From Ascidiella aspersa (lineage: Eukaryota), in assembly GCA_963924565.1 (NCBI GenBank), contig OZ004612.1:14012001-14076000 (forward strand): a DNA stretch of 64,000 nucleotides, written 5' to 3'. Below are positions 41,625 to 53,753 of the stretch, in pieces. Position 1 is the first letter of the stretch. The number at the start of each line of letters is the position of its first letter. Both the position numbers and the translations under genes were made by a program. Under the pieces are notes generated by a model, which worked only from the letters and a program-made list of their open reading frames with translations, did no database searches and was not told the origin of the DNA.

Positions 41625-43007
41625 CTATTTAAATCCATTATGTAAAACCAGTGATTTTCGACCGTTGGTGTGTTGCACGAAAAATTTCTAAAATTAATTA
41701 ATTCCTTGTGGAACACCTGAAGATTCACAGAACATTTCACTTTGAATTGTTTAAGAGCGGCTGTAAAGGCCTCAGTTTACGGCGGAGCTTTCGTTGTGTG
41801 TTCAGTATTAACTTTAAAGTATCTAAACCTAAAAAAAACGAAAAGTTGACCAATTTTCGATACCCGCGAAATTTCACAACTGATATTTTACTATAAACTT
41901 GTTGGCACTAAAACATAGTTGTAAGGTTTGCAAGTGTGTAGCGCTTATTTTCCTAAAATTGAAATCCTGCTATATTTAAGATGTTTCGAGTCCACTAAAT
42001 GTTAATTTGTTTGATCTCATGTAACACTGTTTTTTTTTTATATTTTCTAATTTTATTTGGCATTATCAAAATTAGCCACTATTGTTACTTCTTAATGATA
42101 ATAACGATTAAACACTCTGTAAAAGCAAATTGTTCGCAGCGCTTTTAGCGTCAGGTGTTACGCTGCGACTACTAAAATGTCATCATGTCGTTACGTATAT
42201 ATAAGGCTCTTGTGTCAGCGACGTGATGTCTTATGGCGTGGACATATCAGCAACAGAATTGCGAATATTATTTACAAGCTGCCATTTTTTTTTAGTTTAA
42301 TGCAGCAAACTAATTGTATTCCTTTCAGTTGACTGTATTGTAGCTTTAGTGGGGTGAACATTTGTAGAAAAGGGGCAAACTATTTACAACTTAATCAAAT
42401 CCAGTCAATCTATTTAAATTATCCCGTCATACAGACAGTATTCATGAATATTTTTAGTTGGTTACATAGTTGACCATCATGAACAACTTAATACAAACAA
42501 CTTGTCTTTTATTACATTTTCTGTAGAAACAACAAGTTAATATGTACAGTAAAAAATGGCAAAAATGGTACAAATTGCAAACAAAGGGTATATGTAAGGT
42601 AATGATGATATCCAATCTAGATTTGTATGCTCGAAATACAAAAAATACCGCATACGAAAACACCAGGGGGGTGGGGCAAATTCAGTTAGGGGACGGGACC
42701 ATGACCTCTTCCAAAGTATATAGCTGTGGGTTGCAACCCGTAGAAAATATAAAGCTATACTTTAACACAAATGAGAAAAATTTGCATTGCACGACTTCAA
42801 ATATACAAAGGTAGCGATTGTCTCAGCAAAAACTACAAGCAACTTACAAGATAAAAAAAACAACACTATTTTACGCTTCTTCTTGATCAGTCTCATGTAC
42901 GCTACATTTCAAATAAATCAAACAGACCCAAATTTCACCATCAGTGAGATTAGGAGTCTGTTAAACTTTTGCTAAATACATTTTTGAAAAACAAATCCGT
43001 AAGTATT

Positions 43008-44397
43008 TTAACCAAAGTTAAGCGGACTCTTTTTCACCCAATCGCGAAGCACCCATGCCTCGGCCTTCCCAACCTCTTTACAGGCCGTCAGATACAGGGA
43101 ATCATTAACTGCGAGGTATCGCTTGGTGAGCACATGCTGGATGACGAGCTTGCTAGATTTGTGAACGATTTTGAAAAGCCTTTGGTCGTTTATCGTCTTG
43201 CTGGCGACGGTTGGTGATGACAAAAGGCCTTTCTTTAATCTTAACTGTAAATAAATATAGGAAATTTAAATTGGAGCAGTAAAAAATTTTTCTTTTTCAC
43301 ACCATGCAAGCTACATAATTAGGTGAATGCTAGCCTCCACTAAAGTATAATGTTATAATATCATGAGTAACTATTAGTTGTAGCAATTTCCGCGATTGTT
43401 TGTATTGTTGATGACCATAGATAATTGGATGTAGGCTATAGCAATTTTAGTATTATTTTATTATTGGCTGAATAACAAGTTTAGCATTTTTTGACAGTTA
43501 CAAAAAATATAGAATTTTGGGCGGAGGCTTGATTGCCTCGTGTTGGACACCCCTGGTTTAAACCATACAGCTTAATTTATTTTACGTTTTCTATCGTTAA
43601 TTTGTCGTTACACCACAATATTGGCCCAACAATACAGAAATAGACTCGAATTGCTTCTTATAAAAATACTAGTGTAAAAAAATTTTCCTTGCTTCCCCCA
43701 AAGGATTGGAAACAATTGTTTTTAAGAATACAAAAAAACGCGTTACTTTATTCCGTCTGAAATGTAGGTAGAAGCACTGGTTCCCTGACATCGCCACGCC
43801 AAACACACAGCAAAAGTTTTGGGCGTCCTTCCATAGGCTCCACCTCACCGACTTGTTAGGGTTGGATACCTTGATCTTCGACATCGTCTTCATTTTCTCT
43901 GGAAACCATCTACCGGTGACGTTTGAACGCAGCACCTCGACGCTATACTCCTTTAGAACATTCGTGTCACCGCCTTGCGTGTATCCGCTCGAAAATCGCG
44001 CGTAAAGCGGCGCAATAGGACGCCCGAGATACTGTGAATTTGCGTTATATGGAACCAACGACGCGTTAGAGTCCACCAACGGCGCCATTTCACGTACATC
44101 CTTCGTGACGTACACCGGCTTCATGAGATCTCCAGTCGACATGTCGTAAAATGGCTTCACAAGCGCCTTCGGGTCTTGGACTGCGCCTCGTCGGCGGCGC
44201 GTGGTCGTTTGGCCAGTTGTCAGCCTAACGCCATGACGCCGCAACTGATTGTTAAAGCGCCGCGCGTTCCACGGACAGATGAACATGAAGAAACAGCAGT
44301 TGCCGTCGTCTTCGTCGTCAACGTCTTCATCGTCGCTGTCCGAAAATTCGCTAAGCAAGCTTTCCATTTCAGGCAGAATGTAACTTAAAGTATCCAT
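43008..44397 (-). CDS. Leaderless protein (295 aa, 2 exons) with C-terminal beta-trefoil-like domain
   Basis: Exons 44397-43747 (donor GTAACG) and 43244-43008, phase 0; in-frame stop upstream of the ATG. C-terminus FYLHFRRNK/LRLKKG...DQRLFKIVHKSSKLVIQHVLTKRYLAVNDSLYLTACKEVGKAEAWVL. Clear paralogue of 49064-50264. Confidence 0.85.
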
Positions 44398-47300
44398 TAT
44401 AATTTAACCCTATGCGTGAAGCGAATTTCTGAAAGAAAAAACAAGCTGATTTGTTTATCAATGTCTTAGCATTCTTGTGTCGGACAGGGCGATGTTGTTT
44501 AGTTCAGACGTATTTCTAGCCGACAGGAACGTATTATAAAAGGCTTGGTAACATCCATTGGACTGTTTTATACGATAATAATGTACCCAACCACCCAAGG
44601 TTAGTAGATAAAAAAAAAATATATACTTATAGCCAATAGTGCCGCAAAATCAACCAACAAAGACATTGCTGGTACCCAAGTCTTCGAAACTGATGGACAA
44701 TCTCATTTAACTTATCTTATTCTTAGCATTGAGCATGCCTTCGCATAACAATGTAATGGTGGGTCATGCTGGCATTTACTTTGTATTACCACTGTTACGA
44801 AATATTTTGCGAAGTGATCTTCATTTTCTAAGAATCAAATGGTTATTTCCGGCACTATATATGTCTGTAGCTAATTGAAGCTGTAACTGTACATTTCAGT
44901 CTAAAACCAATTTGGTTGAGCTAACTGTGCAAATAAACCGAAGTACCTACTACTTTTACCGAAAGTTGTTTTTGTAAAAATAAATGTGCAGTCCACAATA
45001 CACATGTGCTAAAATATCGGTTGAGAACCGATACCCGACCCCCGTGTATAATTGTTTCGGTACTATTCAAATACCTAAGGTGTTCCTTGTGACCATTCAA
45101 CACCAAATTAATTGTGCATTTTAGCTATGGTTTACGATTTAACTAAAAATTTTCCCACTTAAAAGTTTTTTTTTGTAAATCAAATCTAACGAAGTTTTCT
45201 AGCACCAAATCACAATTTGATTGATACAACTTGGAACACATTCTGCTTTCAAATTTATTATATTATTTATTGATTATATAATAATTATATTATTTGGTAA
45301 CGGATGAAATAACCCTAATTTCTTGCCCAAATATCGGGTATTACTAATCCACAATAGTGATAAACTGTTGAGTATTACTACAAAGGGAATTTACCCGAAG
45401 CGTACATCATACTGACCTGTCGCCAAGCAACCCAAATAAATAACTTAAAAATCAGAACATGTGCGATGTGCCTATTGTGCTTTGTGCTACCACCAGCCTT
45501 TACATAACCTGGAATTTGTATTTAGCAAACTTTAATCTCATATTGACTACATTAAATGCATATTGTGTTCAAACAATATGCATCGTTGTATTGGGTTGCA
45601 TACGAAATATTACAAGCTTTTACTACCGTTTTTGTTATGGCATTGATCAATGAGAAAGTAATTTACCTTATCCGATTTCATTGGACACTATATCCATTAC
45701 TATACAACAAGTGACCTCAAGGACTCTCGAAAACTCTATCCCTGATTGGCCACTATACGATGTTCAACGTGTGTCCAAGAAAACCAAATAACAAAAAAGG
45801 AACAGCATTGTGTTATCGACCGTTCTTAATATTGCTGACGTTACCTTCGTTTGCATATATTTGTTTTCACGCAAAAAAGCCAATCGTTGCAATTGAGATT
45901 GAGAGTTATCTCTGTAATTTTTTTTAGTTTTAGAACAAGACAGTTTTTAAAAATTCCACATACGGATGAAACACTCAGCATTACTGACACGCCGTTTTTT
46001 AAAATTACAATGTTTTGTCCCTCTGATGTTCTTTGGCCTCATGACAACGAGACCAGCTATAGTGGTAAAATAGCAGTCAGGGCCATTTGAGATCAGTATT
46101 TTTTCCCTAATAGTTTTGAAAGCTGCGATATGAAGACCCTTGAATCATCACACGATATGGTAGCAGATCAGTACTCTTTCAGACGCAACTGTAAAATAAA
46201 AGAAATTGAACTAAACACAAAACGAATATTTTTATAAACTTCAAATAAAAAATGACCTAATGAATCTTCTTTTGTCTATTTTATCTTTATTTTAACCATA
46301 ATAAAAGTTGATTTAACATCAAAAGTGCTATTTCCTAAATTTCAAATTAGCAACTCAATAGTCGAATTTGTCACTACAGTTTACTTTGGCGACTTATCCT
46401 TTAATGACAGTCAAAAATATTCTTTTCACAATTCGAGTAGCGATAACACCGACCTTGTACTGTATTTCCTGACTGTTCAAAGTTTGTTGTTTTGTAATAG
46501 AAACAGGTGTATTGACGCGAATGACGCTTATTAACCAGGCCAAAATCAACATACATGAGAATACATACTACTGACTTGTTGCTGCGTGGTTTCTACAAAA
46601 AACATGGTCGTTCAGGTATCCTTGCATGACAGCAGTCGTTGCGGAATAAACCAAATTAATTAAGGCAGCTTGGAAATTTCTTAGGCTTACCGTTGGACCA
46701 GAAACCGCAGCGTTTTAAATAACGTAGAAAGTGGAAAAAGTTTGCCTCTAAGTATTTTTTTCCATTACTGACCAAATCAGAAAAAGGGCTCAACGGACAA
46801 ACCCTGGACAGAAGTACAGCAGTTTGCGATATTGACCCAACGGCGTATCGGGAAAGGATTTATGCCAATAGTAAGGCAATTAGGCTGCCTTTTTTGTCAT
46901 CCCTGCGTATGCGCGTGGGTACTGCGATACGTGGGAATGCAAAAGGCGTCGTGTTACGCTCCGGCCTAATACGGATTTCAAAAAGCGTCATTAAACTTCG
47001 TATGTTTTTACGATCCAGACATTCCTTCCGAGCACTTGACGTGGCACCACATTATTTACGGCTTCGATTGCTGTTCACCAAGTTATATGCATTAGCTGAC
47101 TACGAGACGCACTTTATTCGTTAAAAAGACATTTTAAGCAATTGTAACAAATTTTGAATACTACTGTGTTTTTTCTTTTAACTGATTTGCTGTTAAGTTT
47201 TAATTACTAGACCGTTAAGTGAGAACTATCCCAGTATTCGGCTTCTGTTCTGTTTTTTCAATTCTGTTTTTTGTTGCGTAAAGTGCAGTATCGTAAGTGC

Positions 47301-49063
47301 ATATGTTTAAATTTAGCTAAACGTTTTCAATTGTCAGTCGCATAAACACTTAAAGTTAAATGAAAGACACATATACATGCCTGACATCAACTGTGATCTT
47401 CAGTGGTTATAACAAATTGTTAGGACCATGCTATATCTTAAAACAAAACAGTTAAGTAAGGACCGCCCCCAATATAAATAAATAAAATTGCCTGGTACCG
47501 CAGAAAACGCATGTATTAAGCATGAAACCATATATGATAACAAATATATTTCGCAACTTTTTGCCATGCCTTTAAGTTACTTAAAATAAACTGATATCAT
47601 ACAATGTACATATTTGTTTTCAGTAACAAAAAAAAGTATATACATACTATTGAGGATTTGTGCTGCAATAAATACGTATAGTTTAATATTAATTTGCTAA
47701 AGTTTGTTTTAGACGTTGCTCAATAAAATTTATTTTTCGGCCACTTTGCTTACTTTCAAGACAACACTCTCCCCACAAGCACAGAACCAACAAAACATTT
47801 AACAAGTACATATAAAATACCAGTATTATTTTAATTAATGCAATAATAATGTTACAACGAATCAATGCACAAAACACCCTGAACCAATTTCAAGAATTTA
47901 ACCAATCTCACACATGACTGTGTTTATTTTTATCATTAGTTCGTATTGGCAAATAACTATAAATCAAATATGTACAGAAAACATGCAATGGAAACAAAAT
48001 AATCAAGCTTCCTGGATTTACAATCGTGGCATAGAACTCTGGATTAAGTAAAATTTTGAAGAAAGCAGGTTTGTTGTGGTAAATCCAGTGTTTACTCTAG
48101 CAGAGGCTAACAAATTGAGAACGAAATGCGGGCTCCTATAAGCGCGTGTTCGATGGCTTCCCTTATTTCCCGTCTTGTAGTAAAGTCCATAAGGAAGAGG
48201 GCGTCACGCAAATAGGCGAATGTTTACAACAGGCAGCAACCAACATTTTCCTGATTGCAATTAAAATAGGTATACGCACGTAATAGGCGCAACATATGCC
48301 CGCTTACAGCTTAGATAGCGAACGATGGCTTTGCGCAGAGCACTTGCCCTATAGATTATTTGGGTTGGATTTCGACACATTCAAGCGCAAAATAGCAGTT
48401 GTTATTCTGCAGGAACCACATTTTTAATAACTCTAAAATGTATTTTTTGAACGAAAAGAGTAAACAATTCTGGAAAAGTTTAGACGTTTTATAAAGTGCT
48501 TTTTACTGGTCTCATATCGAATGGCAGCAACATAGTTTGGGGAATCGCACAACTAAAGTATATAGTAAATGCTTTTCACGCAACATTTAAGAACCTTAAA
48601 CATCGGCAAGGTGCTCAAGTCCATTGCTCAAACACTCGACATCACTTAATTTAAGAGGGCGCAGAACAAACATACCACATTTAATTCTCCAAAGCGATTA
48701 AGGTTGATTGAAACAAACATAATCTATAGTACTTTTGATATGGCAGACTTGGCAGTGTTAACCGAATTACAGTTTAAAAATTACAGTTTAAAAAAGATTT
48801 GGTATGACATTCCAAAAAACTGAAAGAGTTCAATTTAATAAATTTTGTTTTATGCTGTTATATTACGCAAAATATTCACTGCCGAATGGAACTTAATTAC
48901 TATATGACGCTGTAAAACACTTAGGCCAACATGTAAGTGATAAATTCGGGGCTCACAATGTTTCAGAGATAAATTGTTAGTTTCGGAAGACATGCGCATG
49001 ACAAAACAAAGAAGGTCGCGTCGCAAAACACAAAAAAATATGAAAATAAGAACGAGAAAACTG

Positions 49064-50264
49064 TTAGTGCTTGTGGTGTGCGGTTCGTCCAGTCGCACCC
49101 TCTTCAGTTACAATAGGGTACTCACGCAAGACCCATTCCTCGGCCCTACCACTCTCACTGGTTGTGGAAAGGACGTTGTCTGCGTTGACCGTTAGGTAGA
49201 GGTCGGTGTTGCTTGGCTGCAACACCAACCTACCGGTCTTGGGCCGTTCTTTTATCTCGAAAAACCTCGCGTCGTTGGAGTGCGTGGTCAGGGGCGACGG
49301 TTCGCGGTCGCACTCGACAAGTCGAACCTATAGCAACAACAAAGCGTTTTTTTGTAGTCGTCTATCATTTTTGTAGCAATGATATACAAGATACGATTTC
49401 TACACTTTATTTAACGGTGTTTTTGTAAGGTTTTATTTACGACCAAAAAACACCTCCTTTATTTTCAGTCATATATGTCCATAACATTGCCCGCACAGTG
49501 GCGCTTTTTAGAACGAAAAGCGCTGCATTGGCCTTTTAGGGAATTCCTATTTTTTAGCTATGGCTATTCAAAAAATAAATAAAAACCTTTTTTCTTTTGC
49601 AGGATACGAAGTAGAACTTGTGCGGATTTTGGCCGGAGCTTAAGCTGAACGCTCGGTAGAAGTTTCGCGCGTCCTTCCACATTGTCCAGACCACGTCGTC
49701 TTGCGAGTCGACCAGAATTTTGGCCCTTCTATGCAAAGCCTCCGGCCGCCACCTCCCCGTTGCTTTGGTCCGTTCGATCAGAACTCCTAATTTCGTCAGG
49801 CCTTGGTAACCGTAGCCATAATCGGCAGGCGACGAGTCGCTCGCTGCCGAGAGAGTGTTGGTGCGTGGCTCGGCAAGTCTAATGAGGGCTTCACCACCGC
49901 TCGATTCGGTTGAGGGCGACAAGCCTCTGCGGTCATTCCCCTTCTTGACGGAATTCACGTAGACCGGCTTCGTATAATCGCGCAAATGAATGTTCTTTGG
50001 CGGAAGCCAGCGTTCCCTCGCCCCCAGAGCACTTTTGTCGTAGCGACCGCCCGATGACGCGGCAGTATTACGCTCGACGCCTATGCCAAAGCGTTTGTAA
50101 AATCGCGCAGCATCCCAGGGGCAAACCAGCAAGCAAAGGCAGCAAGCAGGAGAGTAGGAACCGTCATCGTCGACCTCGCTTGTTTCCTTATCGCCCAGGT
50201 ATCTTCCGATCAACGGCTCCATGTTGACTGCAGCATTACCCCAGCGCAACTGCGAAAGCAACAT
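49064..50264 (-). CDS. Leaderless protein (about 300-313 aa, 2 exons) with C-terminal beta-trefoil-like domain; paralogue of 43008-44397
   Basis: Exons 50264 (or ATG 50222)-49587 and 49327-49064 (VRLVECD...NDARFFEIKERPKTGRLVLQPSNTDLYLTVNADNVLSTTSESGRAEEWVLREY...*). Shares CC-x5-CPWxAxRF, DxxKPVYV, TGRWxPE, WxxWKDAxNF and the intron position with the paralogue. Exon 2 is absent from the ORF track. Confidence 0.85.
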
Positions 50265-53200
50265 CTGTAAGGTCACACCGGGTTAGCTGGCAGAACACTG
50301 TTGCACTGAATAAGCCAAGGAAAATTATGACATAAAAATGTTTGGCGGTTTAGCCGCCTGGTCGGTAGTAATCGACGTGGGTTTACCAAGATGCATTTTC
50401 GTGAGCGTATAGTCTAAAAGCTAAATTCCAAAATCTATTTAAAGTTGTTTGGTTTAGTTTAGATATCAAGTTTAAAGTTTGATGCCAGGAATATGATTAA
50501 AAATAAATTCATATTTGTGGAAACGTCAGCATTTGTAGCAGCAATTAGCAAACATCACTATTTTTCGGTTCTATCGAATACTCCGCTTCCTTTTAAGGTA
50601 TAAATAAGTATATTATGTTCAATTTTAGTTTGAACAATTAGGATTGTGCAACCTTTTTTCTTAAAACAAAATGTATCTGTCACGAGATTTTATCAAAACA
50701 AAATATACGCTTGCGTGTTTAAGTAAAATTGCGGAAATCAAACAAACCAGTATAGTACGATGTTAAGTACCACGCAGCGTGTTTAGTAATTACAAAATTT
50801 GTCGCCCACCACAAATTGCATCTTAACGTGCTAAAACAACGCCGGTAAGAAAACAAACAACAAATCATATGGATCGTGAAGCCAGTGTTAAATGGGTTTA
50901 AAAGTTGGCGCAATATTCATATACTTAGCTAAGGAATGTCCATACTGCTTATATTACATATATCATTGTTCTAAACAAATATTTTAATTTTGAGAATATC
51001 GTGGTTTTATTTAAAGATTTTCAAGACGGCAGACAACAACCAAAGAGGATTACTTATCATTGGATAAAGTAATCGCTCACAAAGTTACAGCGTTAAAGTA
51101 ATTATCAGGCCTAAGAGGCCGAGTTCACACATCTAAATGTGCTATTTCTAAAGAGATTAATAGAACTAATTTACCATTTCTTTTTTACCATAGAACTAAT
51201 TTACCAGCAAATCTAAGCAAAGATATTTAAATCGCTTAAAGCAACCTTTAATATTTAGTCTAAGAACTTAAATGCCCCGTTTAGCCTATATTTTTATCAC
51301 ATCGCCTTTTTGTGCGATTTAAGCCTTTCGTAAGCTAGCATATGTGGTAAGGTTAATTTAGTTCATATTTTTTAAGCTTTTTTCTCCCGTTCAGGTGTAT
51401 ATACGTATACTACACGTGCACATAATCGTCTATGGCGACACCAAAAGTTAACTATGCGCACAATATCTTTTGTTAATGTAAAGTCGTTCATGTCTGCATT
51501 TACTTCTATTTGTTAGCTACCTTAGCCTCGACGAATCCAAGGTACTTCACTGGCCTGGACAAGTTTGCTTGCACACCTTTAAAACGTACCAATACAATAA
51601 CAATATTCCGGATGCTATATTGTTGGCAAAAAACGCTATACGTACAGCATGGCGAGTCGCATTTTTGCATATAGTCTCCCTTACCTCGTAAATTAACAAG
51701 AGGGCTGAACACATCACGTTTTCGTTTTCTAAGCAGGCAGCCATCTGGAATTTTCGGCGTAGGAATCTTTCCTTTGTCACCCACCGGGTTATTATCGGCC
51801 GTCTTCCGCCCGTGGGAAGTCTCGTGCGCTGCTGCTTATTGGCACTACGCGGAAAACGCCGCTGTCTGTAATGATGCTCTAAAAAGACAAAACCGCTATG
51901 CAGCGGCTCACTGAATTGGCTTTTAGTGAATGTTTTCCGGCATTTCCTGGCGTTGTTCATTGACCGCTGAGGTGATCACGTTTCTCCCGACACAGGCCAT
52001 TTAATTTGTTATACCACCCCGTGTTGTAATGACTCGACCAAGGTGCACTCAAATCACTGTTTTCGTATGACCTGGCTTGAACTAAGTTGGCGGTAAAATT
52101 ACTTGATAAGACTTTTAGAGGGGTTGAAATATGGTTGCTTTCTTTAAGCAATTGATTTTATTTAATTGTTGCACAAAAATAATTTACTTGCTATATGTTA
52201 CGTTTTTGTTATTTTTTAGTTAAGTTTTTACCATATAGTAATAATCGGACGAGTTGATCGATTTTATTAGTTTAACGTTTTACATTTTCACAAGGCCTTA
52301 ACTTAGGACTTCACTTGTACTTGACTTGGGGAACTGATGCACCGGGACTTGACTTGTTGCCCATTTTAAAAGACTTGGACCTGAGTTAATTTACAAATGA
52401 CTTGACTGGGAAATTAATATGTCTTGTTTACAACAGTGCTAACACCAGTATTTAACTAAACGTATGAACTACAAAACACGTTGTTATAGAGCCCAAATAA
52501 TTACCCTTTACCCTGCCCAGTTTTACTAACCTAAATGGAAACATTGGAGCATAATGGTTGGAGGTTGTAGTAAGACGTAATAAGAATATCAAAGTAAATG
52601 GAAACAAATTTATAAAGAAAACGATTAATAACAACTTAAGCGATCAGAAATCGCGAACTGACTTTGAACGCCATACTATAGTAAAGTTGAGAATTGCTCA
52701 CCATCACCATACGTTTTCGATTGGACTTAGCTTTATTAAGTCAATCGGTTAAATTTTTTCCTGGTCCTCAATTTTAAATCAACATATCACTGGTCTGGTA
52801 AACATGGCTGCCTTTGGAAGTGATCATCTTTAACAAAAAAACAACAACATGTTGACAGTTGCACCCTGAAAGTGGCAATTAAAACGATTACCACATCAGC
52901 CTTTCAGTAGCTTCGGGTATTGAGTTTAATCTGTTGCTTCGTGCAATTTATGAAGATTTTTATTTGCTTTTGTTAAAAAGTTAGGTTTTGGTTAACAAGG
53001 TTTTTCTGTCGCACATCGTTTTTTGAAAATACATCTTTTTAATGCAGATCGTAACTAAAAGTATGCTTAGGGCTTCTCAATTTTAAGTTGGCCTGATAGT
53101 CCATAGAATATGACTTTACCACCGCTTATAGTTAGGGTACAATTACGAGCCATAAACGGTTTTATGAAAGAGAACGTTGTGCCAACCTGGGTGTTTTATT

Positions 53201-53540
53201 TTTTACCTCTATCCGGGAACAAAGTTTCCATATTAAACATGCACCACATGGCCCTCCCCAAATATGTTTGCTTTTTGACATATCTAAGATACAAATTACT
53301 ATAAGAAAACATATCATAAATTACAATTGGGTTGCGCAGTGTGCTGCTTATAATTGGTGAATCACTTGACAGAAACTTGGCAATTTGCTACTGCAGTTTG
53401 AAAACAGGCTTTGTAAAATTGTTTTAGATATCTTGTTCAAAGTAGTTTGTTAGGTGCGAAGCTTTAAACGAGATATCACTATTTTTTACTGTCGAAAAAG
53501 GGACATGGATTTAATAGGGATCTGTGTGTAGTTTCTGCCG

Positions 53541-53753
53541 CAGTGGTTCTCATCTTTTTTGGTCGCGTGCCACATGCTTTTATAAAGTCATTGCTTATTA
53601 ATAAAGGCCAAAGCTTTCGGCGTTAGCTTTAGATCGATTTGATGTGGCAAAGACTTAATAGTAGCCGCAATCCTGCATTTTGCGTGTACTAGGCCTACCT
53701 GCAAATCCTCAAGTACCGCTAGTGCTAAATATACCACAGGTTAGAAACCACTG
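53541..53753. mobile_element. Decayed hAT/Buster-type MITE
   Basis: CAGTGGTTCTCA...GTTAGAAACCACTG; no recognisable TSD. Confidence 0.55.

Noticed and set aside
49539-49548. NF-kB-like GGGAATTCCT in the intron of a trefoil gene
   Set aside because: A single short match not seen in the paralogue; too weak to support an immune role.
51506-52151. Overlapping minus-strand ORFs of 64-137 aa; also 62487-63073
   Set aside because: No motifs, no convincing splice chain and no similarity to neighbouring genes; cannot be supported as coding.
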